The notes: generated by a model not told the origin, from the letters alone. A DNA stretch of 64,000 nucleotides from Patescibacteria group bacterium (GCA_041671325.1 JBAZBR010000002.1:73978-137977), one strand, 5' to 3'; shown: positions 20,803 to 30,538, counted from the stretch's first letter. Program-made: numbers and translations.

Positions 20803-21117
20803 ATGAATTTTAAAACAGGCGATCAAGTCTACGTTACTAAAGGCCAAAGCAACGGGAAAAAAGGCAAAATTATCCAAATTTTTCCAAAAAAGAATTTGGT
20901 TGTTGTTGAAGGTGTCAATGAAAGAACGCGGCATATCCGCAACCGCCGGGGCAAAGATAAGGGTCAAAAAATTTCTTTTTTTGCGCCGCTTAATGCCGCT
21001 AATGTCATGCTGTACTGTTCCAAGTGCGGCAAACCCCGAAGAAGCAAAATTTTTATTTCTAATGACGCAAAAAAACAAAGAATTTGCGTAAAATGTAAAG
21101 GCGTGTTTGGCATATGA
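20803..21117 (+). CDS. rplX: 50S ribosomal protein L24
   Basis: KOW motif GDQVYVTKG..GKKG, VVVEGVN. Confidence 0.95.
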   Translation: MNFKTGDQVYVTKGQSNGKKGKIIQIFPKKNLVVVEGVNERTRHIRNRRGKDKGQKISFFAPLNAANVMLYCSKCGKPRRSKIFISNDAKKQRICVKCKGVFGI

Positions 21118-21731
21118 AAGCATCTACCCCAAGATTATTAGAAAAATATCGGAAGGAAATTGCCCCTAAACTGGCAAAAGATTTGGGTTTGGAAAATATC
21201 AATGCCGTTCCTAAAATCAGCAAGATTATTTTGAATTCAGGTTTCGGCAACGGCATTAAAGATCCGAAACTCCAGGAAGCCGTAGTTTCGACTTTAACCA
21301 GAATAAGCGGTCAAAAACCGATCTTAACAAAATCCAAGAAATCAATTTCTGCCTTTAAGATCCGTTCAGGCATGGCTATTGGCGCGATGGTTACGCTCCG
21401 AGGCAAAAGAATGTATGACTTTTTAGATAAACTTGTTAACGTTGCCCTGCCCCGTATCCGGGACTTCCGCGGGCTTTCCACATCGGCTTTTGACAAGCAG
21501 GGGAATTATGCTTTGGGTTTTAAAGAACATTTAGCTTTTCCAGAAATCAGGTCGGATGAAGTTGAAAAAATCCACGGCCTGGAAGTGATATTTTCAACCA
21601 CCGCCAAAGATCCCCTAGCCGGTAAAGCTCTTTTGGAGGCCTTAGGCTTTCCATTCAGAGAAGGAATTGAAAAGACCGAAGAGGAATCCAAAAAATTAAA
21701 AAAATCAGACTTAAAGAAGAAAAAGGAATAA
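21114..21731 (+). CDS. rplE: 50S ribosomal protein L5
   Basis: ISGQKP, LPRIRDFRG, FPEI. Confidence 0.97.
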   Translation: MKASTPRLLEKYRKEIAPKLAKDLGLENINAVPKISKIILNSGFGNGIKDPKLQEAVVSTLTRISGQKPILTKSKKSISAFKIRSGMAIGAMVTLRGKRMYDFLDKLVNVALPRIRDFRGLSTSAFDKQGNYALGFKEHLAFPEIRSDEVEKIHGLEVIFSTTAKDPLAGKALLEALGFPFREGIEKTEEESKKLKKSDLKKKKE

Positions 21732-21734
21732 ATT

Positions 21735-21920
21735 ATGTCTACCCAAGCTCTTCAAGCAAAAGCTAAGCGTAAGCCAAAATATTCAACCCGGATCATACGG
21801 CGCTGCTGGCGCTGTGGTCGAGGCCGAGGTTATATGCGTAAATTTGATATGTGCCGAATCTGTGTTCGAGAATTGGCTAACCGAGGCGAAATTCCAGGTT
21901 TACGAAAAGCCAGCTGGTAA
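21735..21920 (+). CDS. rpsZ: 30S ribosomal protein S14 (zinc-binding type Z)
   Basis: RCWRCGR...[20 protein letters not shown]. Confidence 0.95.
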   Translation: MSTQALQAKAKRKPKYSTRIIRRCWRCGRGRGYMRKFDMCRICVRELANRGEIPGLRKASW

Positions 21921-21936
21921 ATAATTAATTAACCCT

Positions 21937-22320
21937 ATGGACTCAATTGCCGACATGTTAACTCGGATCCGCAACGCGGGTTTAGCCCGCCAACGGACCG
22001 TAGTCATCCCTTATTCAAAAATGCGGTTTGCTATCGCCACGGTTTTGGTGCGGGAAACATATTTAGCCGCTGCTCTGCCTTCACCTGACAAGAAAACTTT
22101 TACCATAACCTTGAAATTCAATCCTGACGGCACCACTTTTATCCAGGAGCTGACTAGGCAATCCAAGCCAGGCAGGCGTTTGTATATTTCGGTTGGCGCC
22201 ATCCCCCGGGTGAAAAATGGCTTGGGTATTGCCATTATTTCCACGCCCCAAGGCTTGTTAACTGATAAGCAGGCAAGGAAAAAACATGTTGGCGGGGAAT
22301 TAATTTGTACAATAGCTTAA
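21937..22320 (+). CDS. rpsH: 30S ribosomal protein S8
   Basis: DSIADMLTRIRNA, SKPGRRLY, GGELIC. Confidence 0.97.
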   Translation: MDSIADMLTRIRNAGLARQRTVVIPYSKMRFAIATVLVRETYLAAALPSPDKKTFTITLKFNPDGTTFIQELTRQSKPGRRLYISVGAIPRVKNGLGIAIISTPQGLLTDKQARKKHVGGELICTIA

Positions 22321-22324
22321 ATTT

Positions 22325-22876
22325 ATGTCTAGAATCGGTAAAATCCCAATTTCAATTCCAGAAGGCGTAAAGGTTCAGGTTGCTGGGCCAGAAGTCAAAG
22401 TAATCGGCCCCAAAGGCGAGATAAATTTGACATTAAACCAGCGAATATTAGTAAAGGTTGAAGATAAAATTATCAAGATTGACGTACCCAGCCATAATAA
22501 TAGAAACGATCGGGCATTATGGGGTCTTGGACGGCAGTTAGTTTCGAATGCTGTTGACGGTGTTTCCAAGGGATTTGAAAAACGTTTGGAAATCCAGGGG
22601 GTTGGCTTTAAAGCCGCCTTACAAGGCGTAAACCTCCAATTAAATATTGGGTTTTCCCATCCAGTTATTTTCACCCCGCCCCAAGGCATTAGCTTGGCTA
22701 TTGAAAAGAATGCCATTGTAATTTCTGGTGTCGACAAACAAGTGGTGGGTGAAACAGCCGCTGAAATCAGAAGATTAAAGCCCCCCGAACCTTACAAAGG
22801 CAAGGGCATAAAATATTCCGATGAGATTGTGCGCCGCAAAGCCGGCAAAGTTGTTAAAGCCGCAGGCGCTAAATAA
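22325..22876 (+). CDS. rplF: 50S ribosomal protein L6
   Basis: MSRIGKIPI, PEPYKGKGI. Confidence 0.98.
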   Translation: MSRIGKIPISIPEGVKVQVAGPEVKVIGPKGEINLTLNQRILVKVEDKIIKIDVPSHNNRNDRALWGLGRQLVSNAVDGVSKGFEKRLEIQGVGFKAALQGVNLQLNIGFSHPVIFTPPQGISLAIEKNAIVISGVDKQVVGETAAEIRRLKPPEPYKGKGIKYSDEIVRRKAGKVVKAAGAK

Positions 22877-22882
22877 GATTTT

Positions 22883-23254
22883 ATGAAAAATTTATCTAAA
22901 AAAATTAATCGACAACATAGGCACCATCGAGTGCGGGCTAAAGTTGAAGGCACGGAATTGCAGCCTCGTTTGGTGGTTTTCCGTTCTGCCAAGCATCTTG
23001 CCGCCCAGATTATTAATGATGCGACTAGTAAAACCTTATTGGGTTTGAGCGATAAGCATTTAGCCAAGGATTTTAAACCGAAAAAAGGCCAGAATGCTAA
23101 GATTGCAATTGCTGAAGCCTTGGGAAAATTAATGGCTGAAAAAGCCAAAACTAAAAAAATCGATAGGGTAATTTTTGATGTTGCCGGCTATAAATACCAT
23201 GGCCGCGTCAAGGCTTTTGCTGACGGTGCCCGGTCAGGCGGCTTAAAGTTTTAA
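22883..23254 (+). CDS. rplR: 50S ribosomal protein L18
   Basis: PRLVVFRS, YHGRVKAFADGARSGGLKF. Confidence 0.97.
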   Translation: MKNLSKKINRQHRHHRVRAKVEGTELQPRLVVFRSAKHLAAQIINDATSKTLLGLSDKHLAKDFKPKKGQNAKIAIAEALGKLMAEKAKTKKIDRVIFDVAGYKYHGRVKAFADGARSGGLKF

Positions 23255-23265
23255 ATAAAAGTATT

Positions 23266-23778
23266 ATGAATCCACAATCACGTTCACAAGGCGGCCGCAG
23301 GCAGCCCAGACAAAGAGAAAAGTCTGAATTTGATCAGAAGACCATTGATTTAGCGCGGGTTACCCGCGTGGTAGCTGGAGGCAAGCGTATGCGTTTCCGC
23401 GCCTGCGTGGTTATTGGCGATCGGAAAGGCCGAGTCGGGGTCGGGGTGGCCAAGGGTACGGATGTGCAAATGGCTGTTGAAAAAGCTTCAACTTCAGCCA
23501 AGCGCCACCTTGTCCACGTAGTTTTGCATGGCAGTACCATTCCGCATGCCATTAATTTAAAATTTGGTGCCGCACGGGTTTTACTAAAGCCAGCACCAGC
23601 TGGGTCTGGAGTTATTGCTGGCGGCGCGGCTAGAGCCGTGCTTGATTTGGCAGGCATTCGGGATGTGGTCAGCAAAATGCTTGGTTCAAAAAATAAGATC
23701 AACAATGTTCGTGCGGTCATAATGGCATTAAGCCAGTTAAAGCCCCGGACAACTAAAGAAAAAACCGTAGTTGAATAA
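23266..23778 (+). CDS. rpsE: 30S ribosomal protein S5
   Basis: RVTRVVAGGKR, PAPAGSGVIAGG. Confidence 0.97.
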   Translation: MNPQSRSQGGRRQPRQREKSEFDQKTIDLARVTRVVAGGKRMRFRACVVIGDRKGRVGVGVAKGTDVQMAVEKASTSAKRHLVHVVLHGSTIPHAINLKFGAARVLLKPAPAGSGVIAGGAARAVLDLAGIRDVVSKMLGSKNKINNVRAVIMALSQLKPRTTKEKTVVE

Positions 23779-23783
23779 ATTTT

Positions 23784-24284
23784 ATGTCTATTAACCTTTC
23801 TAATTTAAAACCTAGCGTTGGCAGCCGCAAAAAAAAGGTTCGGGTTGGCCGAGGCAATGCTTCGGGTCATGGGACCTTTTCTGGCCGGGGCATTAAAGGC
23901 CAGCGGGCCAGGTCTGGTGGCCGAAAAAAACTGCAAAGGCGCGGCCTGAAGCAGATGCTGATGCAGCTGCCAAAATCCCGAGGTTTTCAGAGCCAGTGGT
24001 CAAAATATTCAGTGGTTAATCTGGTGGAACTGGCTAAGCATTATAAAAATGGTGAAAAAGTGACACCAGAAAATTTAATCAAGGTAAAATTAATTAAACC
24101 AAAGACCTTGGTCAAAATCTTGGGTGGAGGTAAACTTACCCTGAATCTAAATGTTTGGGCTAATGCTTTTTCCAAGAGTGCAATAACCGCAATTGAAAAA
24201 GCTGGCGGAACGGTAAATAAAGTGATTATTCCAGAAGCTTTAAAGCCTAAAAGACAAGCTGAGAAATTAAAAGCTAATAAATAA
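23784..24284 (+). CDS. rplO: 50S ribosomal protein L15 (directly after S5, no L30)
   Basis: RVGRGNASGHG..SGRGIKGQRARSG. Confidence 0.96.
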   Translation: MSINLSNLKPSVGSRKKKVRVGRGNASGHGTFSGRGIKGQRARSGGRKKLQRRGLKQMLMQLPKSRGFQSQWSKYSVVNLVELAKHYKNGEKVTPENLIKVKLIKPKTLVKILGGGKLTLNLNVWANAFSKSAITAIEKAGGTVNKVIIPEALKPKRQAEKLKANK

Positions 24285-25567
24285 TGCTGGAAAAATTAAG
24301 CCAACTTTGGCGAGCCAAGGATTTACGAAAGACTTTGCTGTTCGTGCTTTTAATGTTGTTAATTTTTCGGATTTTAGCCCACATTCCAGTTCCCGGGATT
24401 GACCCGAGCGGTTTGAAGCAGGTTTTACAGGGCAACCCCTTGCTAGGGCTTTTGAATTTATTTTCTGGCGGCGGTTTACAGAATTTTTCAATTGTCATGT
24501 TGGGGGTTGGGCCCTATATCACAGCCTCAATTATCATGCAGTTGTTGACCATGATTATCCCAAAACTGGAAGCCATCCAGAAAGATGGGGAATCAGGCCA
24601 AGCCAGGATTAACCAATATACCAGGTATCTGACCGTACCCATGACGATATTGCAGGCTTTTAGCACTCTGACTTTCTTAAGGCAGCAAGGCGCTGGAAAA
24701 TTAATGGGAAATTTATCACCCTTGCAATTAGCAACCGCTATCATTTGTATTGTTGGCGGCACTATGTTATTGATGTGGATAGGTGAATTGATAACCGAAA
24801 AGAAAGTTGGGAATGGCATTTCCTTGCTTATTTTTGCAGGTATTGTGGCACAAATTCCCCAGTCCATCCAACAAACCTTAAGCGTGCTGGATAAAACTCA
24901 AATTTTCACCATTGCCATGTTCTTATTGGTGGGGATTATCACGATTGCTGGCGTCGTTTTTGTGACCGAAGGCCAGCGTAATATCCCCGTCACCTACGCT
25001 AAAAGGATTATGGGCTCGCAGTCTGCTGGCGGGGTGAATACCCATTTGCCCTTAAGAGTGAATCAAGCTGGCGTAATTCCCATTATCTTTGCTGTATCAA
25101 TTATTTTAGTCCCACCTTTAATTGCGCAGTTTTTCACCAAGAACCACCTCCCTTGGGTTGCGAATTTAGCCACTTGGGTTAACACGACTTTTCAAAATCA
25201 AACCTTTTATGGCATTTCCTATTTTGTTTTAGTGGTGGCCTTTACTTATTTTTATACAGCCGTAGTTTTTCAGCCCAATAACATTGCGGAAAATTTGCAA
25301 AAGCAAGGCGGTTTTATCCCCGGCATCAGGCCTGGACCACCAACCTCTCATTACTTAAGTTTTGTCTCTAACCGGATAATTTTAGGGGGCGCATTATTCT
25401 TGGGCGCTATCGCCGTTCTGCCAACAATTATTCAATCTGCCTCAAATGTAAAATCTTTGGCTATTGGCGGGACTAGCTTATTGATCGTCGTCAGCGTGGT
25501 TTTGGAAAGCGTCAAGCAAGTCCAGGCGCAATTGGTCATGCGGGATTACGAAGCCTTTTATAAATGA
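24284..25567 (+). CDS. secY: Preprotein translocase SecY
   Basis: LGVGPYITASII, GNGISLLIFAGI, GVIPIIFA, FIPGIRPG. Confidence 0.98.
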   Translation: MLEKLSQLWRAKDLRKTLLFVLLMLLIFRILAHIPVPGIDPSGLKQVLQGNPLLGLLNLFSGGGLQNFSIVMLGVGPYITASIIMQLLTMIIPKLEAIQKDGESGQARINQYTRYLTVPMTILQAFSTLTFLRQQGAGKLMGNLSPLQLATAIICIVGGTMLLMWIGELITEKKVGNGISLLIFAGIVAQIPQSIQQTLSVLDKTQIFTIAMFLLVGIITIAGVVFVTEGQRNIPVTYAKRIMGSQSAGGVNTHLPLRVNQAGVIPIIFAVSIILVPPLIAQFFTKNHLPWVANLATWVNTTFQNQTFYGISYFVLVVAFTYFYTAVVFQPNNIAENLQKQGGFIPGIRPGPPTSHYLSFVSNRIILGGALFLGAIAVLPTIIQSASNVKSLAIGGTSLLIVVSVVLESVKQVQAQLVMRDYEAFYK

Positions 25568-25659
25568 TAATAAATTTTAACTAAATCCAGTTCTATAGGA
25601 AAAACTTTGGATTTGGTTATTTATATTCCTTAGGGTATAGTTAAGGGGTCATAAAATAA

Positions 25660-26340
25660 ATGAGCACTTCTCACCCCCGACCATTTAACCTAGTAATACT
25701 GGGCCCACCCGGGTCTGGCAAAGGCACGCAAGCCCAAAGCCTAGCCGAGCGTTTTTCTTTATATCATTTATCATCCGGGGATCTTATTAGAAAAGTCATT
25801 GATTCAAAAGACGTTAACGATCCTTTAGTCGAAGAGGTTAAGGATAGGTATAACCAAGGCGTTCCCCAGCCTGACAATATTGCTTTGGAATTAGTAGAAA
25901 GGGAAATTAACCGTTTGCACCACAAGACGGGTTTTGTTTTTGATAGCTTTCCTTTATCTTTACCACAAGCCATTAGTCTGGAAAGGATAATGAAAGTTTA
26001 TGAAATTCGGGAGCCATATGTAATATTGATAAAAGTTTCAATGCAAGAAACTTTAGATAGATTGACTAAGCGGAAATACTGTCCGTTCGACCAGCACGTC
26101 TATCATCCCCAAGATATCAGCTATAAGAAAAATCTTTGCGAATTGTGCGGTCAGCAATTAATCACCCGGACAGATGATACGCCCGAGGTGGTAAGAAAAA
26201 GATATATAGCGTATGAGTCCAGAATGAAAGAACTGGCAGAGTTTTATCGGGAGAAAGGCCGGCTTTTGGAAATAAACGGCGAACAGTCAATACCTGAAGT
26301 CTTTCAGGAAATTATAAATGCTTTGGTTCCGCATTTATGA
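25660..26340 (+). CDS. adk: Adenylate kinase / NMP kinase (divergent)
   Basis: GPPGSGKGTQA P-loop, LID with Cys residues, position after secY. Confidence 0.85.
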   Translation: MSTSHPRPFNLVILGPPGSGKGTQAQSLAERFSLYHLSSGDLIRKVIDSKDVNDPLVEEVKDRYNQGVPQPDNIALELVEREINRLHHKTGFVFDSFPLSLPQAISLERIMKVYEIREPYVILIKVSMQETLDRLTKRKYCPFDQHVYHPQDISYKKNLCELCGQQLITRTDDTPEVVRKRYIAYESRMKELAEFYREKGRLLEINGEQSIPEVFQEIINALVPHL

Positions 26341-27083
26341 CTAAATTAAAAAGCCAAACGGAAATTAACGCCCTGAAAGAAGGTGGCAGGATTTTAGCCG
26401 AGGTGTTAAGAAAAATCAGCGAGGTCATTAAGCCTGGCACTAAAGCAGGCGAACTGGATGCTTTGGCTGAAAAATTAATCAGAAAAGCAGGTGCTGAACC
26501 GGCCTTTAAAGGCTACCAAGACTATCCAGCGACTTTGTGCGTTTCGGTAAATTCCGAAGTTGTTCACGGCATTCCGGGCCATAAAATTTTTAAAAACGGT
26601 GATATTGTCGGTTTGGATTGTGGCCTGAAGTATAAAAATTTATATACGGACGCGGCCTTAACCGTGGGGGTCGGAAAAATTTCAAAAGCCGCTGCCCGAC
26701 TTATTGAAGTTACTGAGGATTCTTTCTGGCAGGGCGTAAAAGCCATAAAAGCCGGCGTTACCACGGGTGATATTGGCCATGCCATCCAGGCCTATGCCGA
26801 AGCAAACGGTTTTAACGTGGTCAGGGCTTTAGTAGGCCATGGAGTGGGCAGGCAAGTCCATGAGGATCCTAAAATCCCTAATTATGGCGCTAAAGGTATG
26901 GGCGTAAAACTTGAAGCCGGTACAATCATAGCCGTAGAGCCAATGCTTACTGAAGGCGGTTATGAGGTTGCCACTGCGTCTGACCATTGGACTGTGGTTA
27001 CGGCTGATGGCGGTTTGGCCGCGCATTATGAACATACAATATTGGTCACTGAAAAAGGCAGTGAAATAATCACCAAATTATGA
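26337..27083 (+). CDS. map: Methionine aminopeptidase type I
   Basis: CVSVNSEVVHGIP, GHGVG..VHEDP, AHYEHT. Confidence 0.96.
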   Translation: MTKLKSQTEINALKEGGRILAEVLRKISEVIKPGTKAGELDALAEKLIRKAGAEPAFKGYQDYPATLCVSVNSEVVHGIPGHKIFKNGDIVGLDCGLKYKNLYTDAALTVGVGKISKAAARLIEVTEDSFWQGVKAIKAGVTTGDIGHAIQAYAEANGFNVVRALVGHGVGRQVHEDPKIPNYGAKGMGVKLEAGTIIAVEPMLTEGGYEVATASDHWTVVTADGGLAAHYEHTILVTEKGSEIITKL

Positions 27084-27478
27084 AAATTCTGGGTATAGAT
27101 TGGGGAGAAAAAAGATTAGGCTTGGCAATCAGCCAGGATGAAGCCTGGGCCTTTCCTTGGAAAATTTTGGAAATCCAAAGTTTTACTCAAGGGATTGAGA
27201 TGTTGGCAAATATTGTTGAAGAGCAAAAAATTGAAAAGGTGGTGGTTGGCATGCCCATAGGCATGGACGGGAAAGATACCAAACAAACCAGCCGGGTGAG
27301 GGAAGTCGTGGCAGACTTGGGGCATGTTTTGAATATGCCGATTGAAATGATTGATGAGCGCTTGACTAGTGAAGCGGCAAAAAAATTACAATTTGAAAGC
27401 GGAAAAACCACTAAAAATATTGATGCCCAAGCCGCAACGCAAATTTTACAAACTTTTTTAGATCAGAGGAAAAAATGA
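27080..27478 (+). CDS. ruvX: RuvX/YqgF family nuclease
   Basis: ILGIDWGEKRLGLA, VVGMP, DERLTS, DAQAA..IL. Confidence 0.93.
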   Translation: MKILGIDWGEKRLGLAISQDEAWAFPWKILEIQSFTQGIEMLANIVEEQKIEKVVVGMPIGMDGKDTKQTSRVREVVADLGHVLNMPIEMIDERLTSEAAKKLQFESGKTTKNIDAQAATQILQTFLDQRKK

Positions 27479-28566
27479 CTTATTTGTTTGCCGGCTTATC
27501 GGCTTTTGGTTTGTCCATAATCCTAACCGGGGCAGTTAGGAAATTCAGTCTGCAACGTCAAATTCTTGATACTCCGGCCCAGGCACCCAAACGCAAAATT
27601 CATCAAACCCCAATTCCCTTGTTAGGCGGCTGGGCGATTTTTTTAAGCTTTATCATTATCGCTTGGATAGTTGCCTTAACCACTACGCAATTATTCGGGG
27701 GTTTTTTCCTGCCTAAATATTTGATAGGCATGACTATTGCGGGTTTGGTTTTAATGCTGGGCGGTTATTTGGATGATAGAAACCACCTGAAGCCAAAACA
27801 ACAAATCTTATTTCCAATAATCTCGGCTTTGATAATTATTGCAGTTGGCATCGGCATACCATATATAACCAATCCTTTTGGCGGAGTAATGGAACTTAAC
27901 AAATTTTCTTGGACCATCTTTTCAATTAATGGCATTCCTTACCGGCTAATTTTGTTTGCGGATATCTTTGCTTTCTTATGGCTGATTGCCACGACTTATA
28001 CTACCAAAATATTAGATGGTTTAGACGGCCTGGTTTCCGGAATAACTGTCATAGGCGCGGTTATAATTGCTATCCTAAGCCTTTCCAAAGAAGTAACCCA
28101 GCCAGAAACTGCCATCTTGGCATCAATTTTAGCTGGATCAGCTTTGGGATTTTTAATTTGGAATTGGCATCCAGCCAAGATTTTCCTCGGTGAATCAGGT
28201 TCTACTTGGACTGGTTTTATGCTTGGAACATTAGCAATAATTGCGGGCGGTAAAATTGCCACAGCTTTGTTGATTTTAGGTATACCCGCTATAGATATTT
28301 TATGGGCGATTGGCCGTCGGGTGGTTGCCCATAAATCCGCATTTGTTTCTGACCGTGGGCATTTGCATTTCCGCCTGTTGGACGTAGGTTTTTCCCACCG
28401 CCAAGCCGTCTTACTTTTATATACCATTACCGCGGTTTTTGGCAGTGTCACTTTGGTTACCCGGGGGCAACAAAAATTTTATGCCTTGCTTAGTTTAGCA
28501 ATCGTTATGTTCATGCTGACCTTAGCCGTGGTTATTGCTTATCGCAGAAAAACCAGCAAAACATAA
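27475..28566 (+). CDS. Undecaprenyl-phosphate GlcNAc-1-P transferase (WecA/TagO, MraY family)
   Basis: GYLDD, LDGLDGL, PAKIFLGESG, DRGHLHFRL. Confidence 0.9.
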   Translation: MTYLFAGLSAFGLSIILTGAVRKFSLQRQILDTPAQAPKRKIHQTPIPLLGGWAIFLSFIIIAWIVALTTTQLFGGFFLPKYLIGMTIAGLVLMLGGYLDDRNHLKPKQQILFPIISALIIIAVGIGIPYITNPFGGVMELNKFSWTIFSINGIPYRLILFADIFAFLWLIATTYTTKILDGLDGLVSGITVIGAVIIAILSLSKEVTQPETAILASILAGSALGFLIWNWHPAKIFLGESGSTWTGFMLGTLAIIAGGKIATALLILGIPAIDILWAIGRRVVAHKSAFVSDRGHLHFRLLDVGFSHRQAVLLLYTITAVFGSVTLVTRGQQKFYALLSLAIVMFMLTLAVVIAYRRKTSKT

Positions 28567-28593
28567 AACCCGCCTTGGCTTTGGCGGGTTTTA
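28565..28593. terminator. Bidirectional terminator
   Basis: AAAACCCGCC-TTGGCTTT-GGCGGGTTTT. Confidence 0.7.
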
Positions 28594-28609
28594 AAAATAG
28601 CTTTAGTTG

Positions 28610-29035
28610 TTATGTGCCGTAGATTCTGTTGAAGTAATATCTGCGGGCATGCTCTTTGTCTTTTTTTTCGTATTCCTTGCGAAGATTGATTCCCCGTTGA
28701 ATTGCGCGTTCGAATTGGCAGCCCATAATGGGCTTCACTTGCTTTGTCGATCCAACGGTTTCACAGCTGTTAAAAGCGGCGATGATCAATGACCATTTTA
28801 GTAGCCACTCTTTTTCATTTTCCAATCCATGGAAGGCGGTTTGGAAGGCGATGGCTCTAAGAAGGCAACGCTTTGTTTTGCCTTTGCAATGGTTTAGGGT
28901 CATCATCTTTTTCACGATTTGGAGAGCCTGGTTGGCATCAAAATTGGCTGCAAGCAGTTCGGTTTCTAGCATGCTAAGAAGCGAATGAGCCTCTTTTGTT
29001 TTTACTTGCTGTTCCGAAGACTCTTTGGTATTCAT
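28610..29035 (-). CDS. Hypothetical helical protein
   Basis: ATG preceded by GGAAAGGA SD; TTGACT-17-TACAAT promoter upstream. Confidence 0.65.
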   Translation of the reverse strand: MNTKESSEQQVKTKEAHSLLSMLETELLAANFDANQALQIVKKMMTLNHCKGKTKRCLLRAIAFQTAFHGLENEKEWLLKWSLIIAAFNSCETVGSTKQVKPIMGCQFERAIQRGINLRKEYEKKDKEHARRYYFNRIYGT

Positions 29036-29090
29036 GGAATCCTTTCCTGGGTGAGGGTTTTTAAACTTGCGGTTTTTGATTTTAAACTCT

Positions 29091-29119
29091 ATTGTAGATT
29101 TAAGCTTTAAATTAGTCAA
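29091..29119 (-). promoter_or_regulatory. sigma70 promoter whose -35 abuts MITE copy 2
   Basis: TTGACT-17 bp-TACAAT on the minus strand. Confidence 0.65.
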
Positions 29120-29225
29120 CCCAGCACCACTTTTCACTAAAACGCCCTAAACATAGCCCCTGAGTTATTTTTGGATAACAAGTTACAGTATAAAGAAAGG
29201 CTGTTTATGAAAAGTGGTGCTGGGT
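29119..29225. mobile_element. MITE-like element, copy 2
   Basis: 17-bp TIR ACCCAGCACCACTTTTC / GAAAAGTGGTGCTGGGT; GTCAAC directly repeated at both junctions. Confidence 0.7.
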
Positions 29226-29241
29226 CAACCCCCTTAATTTT

Positions 29242-29739
29242 ATGGGCAAAAGCATGGTTACTTTCCTGGCAGTCGGCATTCTGTTGATTGCTTTTGCTTG
29301 GGCAATAGGTGGCAATGAAATTACCGATTACACGTCTTATTATTTCAAGTGCCTAATTGGCCAAACTGCCAAGGTTGAGATAAAAAATCAAGTTATTAAA
29401 GCTGAAGTTGTCAAATCGACTAAAGCTAAAGCCAAAGGCTTGAGCCATCGGAGAAATCTGCCAAAAGATAAAGGCATGCTTTTTGTCTTTGACCAGGCGG
29501 ATAAATATGAGTTTTGGATGAAAGACATGAAAATTCCCTTGGATATTATCTGGATCAACGATGGTAAGGTGGTGGATATTTCTAGAGGTGTTTTTCCGCC
29601 AGTTGCAGGTTCAGAGCCGGTAAGAGTCAAACCCACTAAATCAGTTAAAGAGATTTTGGAAGTTTATTCTGGCGTTGGGCAAAATTGGCAAATAGGCGAC
29701 CAGGTAAATATTACATTTGGGAGAATTTTAGGTTTATGA
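29242..29739 (+). CDS. DUF192 family protein
   Basis: KGLSHR..L..DKGMLFVF, FWMKDMKIPLDIIWI, ILEV. Confidence 0.9.
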   Translation: MGKSMVTFLAVGILLIAFAWAIGGNEITDYTSYYFKCLIGQTAKVEIKNQVIKAEVVKSTKAKAKGLSHRRNLPKDKGMLFVFDQADKYEFWMKDMKIPLDIIWINDGKVVDISRGVFPPVAGSEPVRVKPTKSVKEILEVYSGVGQNWQIGDQVNITFGRILGL

Positions 29740-30470
29740 AAACAGAAGAGAAGACGTTAAAAACTGGTTGTTTACTAATTCATGGTTTTACTTCCTTTCG
29801 TACCAGTTTGGAAGCGGTAATACCTGAATTAGAAAAAAGGCAAATACCTTGGCATTATCCGATATTAGCCGGGCACAACACTCAGCCCGGAGATTTGCGA
29901 GGTAAAACTTGGGAGCACTGGCAAAATGATGTTCGGACTGGATTAGAGTACTTGTTACAAGAAACCGAGCAAGTGGTAATTATCGCTCTGTCTATGGGTA
30001 GCTTGCTAGCTTTGGAATTAGCCGCAGAATACCCCAATAAGGTTTCGGGGCTGGTTTTACTTTCCCCGGCTCTACGCTTTAAGTCGAGATTAGCCAGGCA
30101 CGCCCCAGTCATTTCAAAGTACTTAAAAATTTATCCAGGTGTAAACTTAGTAAGATTCAGCTCCATAAGCCTAGCTTTAAAGAATAAGGGCTATAATTGG
30201 TTTCCAGTTCAAACTTTTATGCATTATTGGCATAGAGCTCAAAATTTTGATGAAGTGTTGAAGAGGGTCCACCAATCGACTTTAATAATCCATTCCAAAA
30301 AAGACAGAATTGCCTTACCCTTGGGAGCTGAGCATGTTTTTAAAACTATTCCTAACCAGGAAAAAAAATTAGTTTGGCTGGAAAAATCTGGGCACGAAAT
30401 TTTATTGGACATGGAGACCGAAAAAGTGTTAGCGGAAATTTTTAAGTTTAAAGCCTTACAACCCCAGTAA
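29736..30470 (+). CDS. Alpha/beta hydrolase (carboxylesterase-like)
   Basis: LLIHGFT, ALSMG nucleophile elbow, D and SGH; ATGA overlap with upstream gene. Confidence 0.88.
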   Translation: MKTEEKTLKTGCLLIHGFTSFRTSLEAVIPELEKRQIPWHYPILAGHNTQPGDLRGKTWEHWQNDVRTGLEYLLQETEQVVIIALSMGSLLALELAAEYPNKVSGLVLLSPALRFKSRLARHAPVISKYLKIYPGVNLVRFSSISLALKNKGYNWFPVQTFMHYWHRAQNFDEVLKRVHQSTLIIHSKKDRIALPLGAEHVFKTIPNQEKKLVWLEKSGHEILLDMETEKVLAEIFKFKALQPQ

Positions 30471-30479
30471 TTTTAATTC

Positions 30480-30508
30480 TTGACTTAGTCTGAGTCCGGT
30501 GCTACTCT
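30480..30508 (+). promoter_or_regulatory. rplU promoter
   Basis: TTGACT-17 bp-TACTCT with TG. Confidence 0.6.
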
Positions 30509-30538
30509 GCATGTACTTAGTTTTAAGCGGTAATTTTT

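Noticed and set aside
23778-23784. No L30 gene between rpsE and rplO
   Set aside because: Known general feature of CPR; used only for taxonomic inference.
27080-27478. infA/rpmJ/alpha operon absent after map
   Set aside because: Simple operon break; the genes are probably elsewhere and this cannot be judged from the window.
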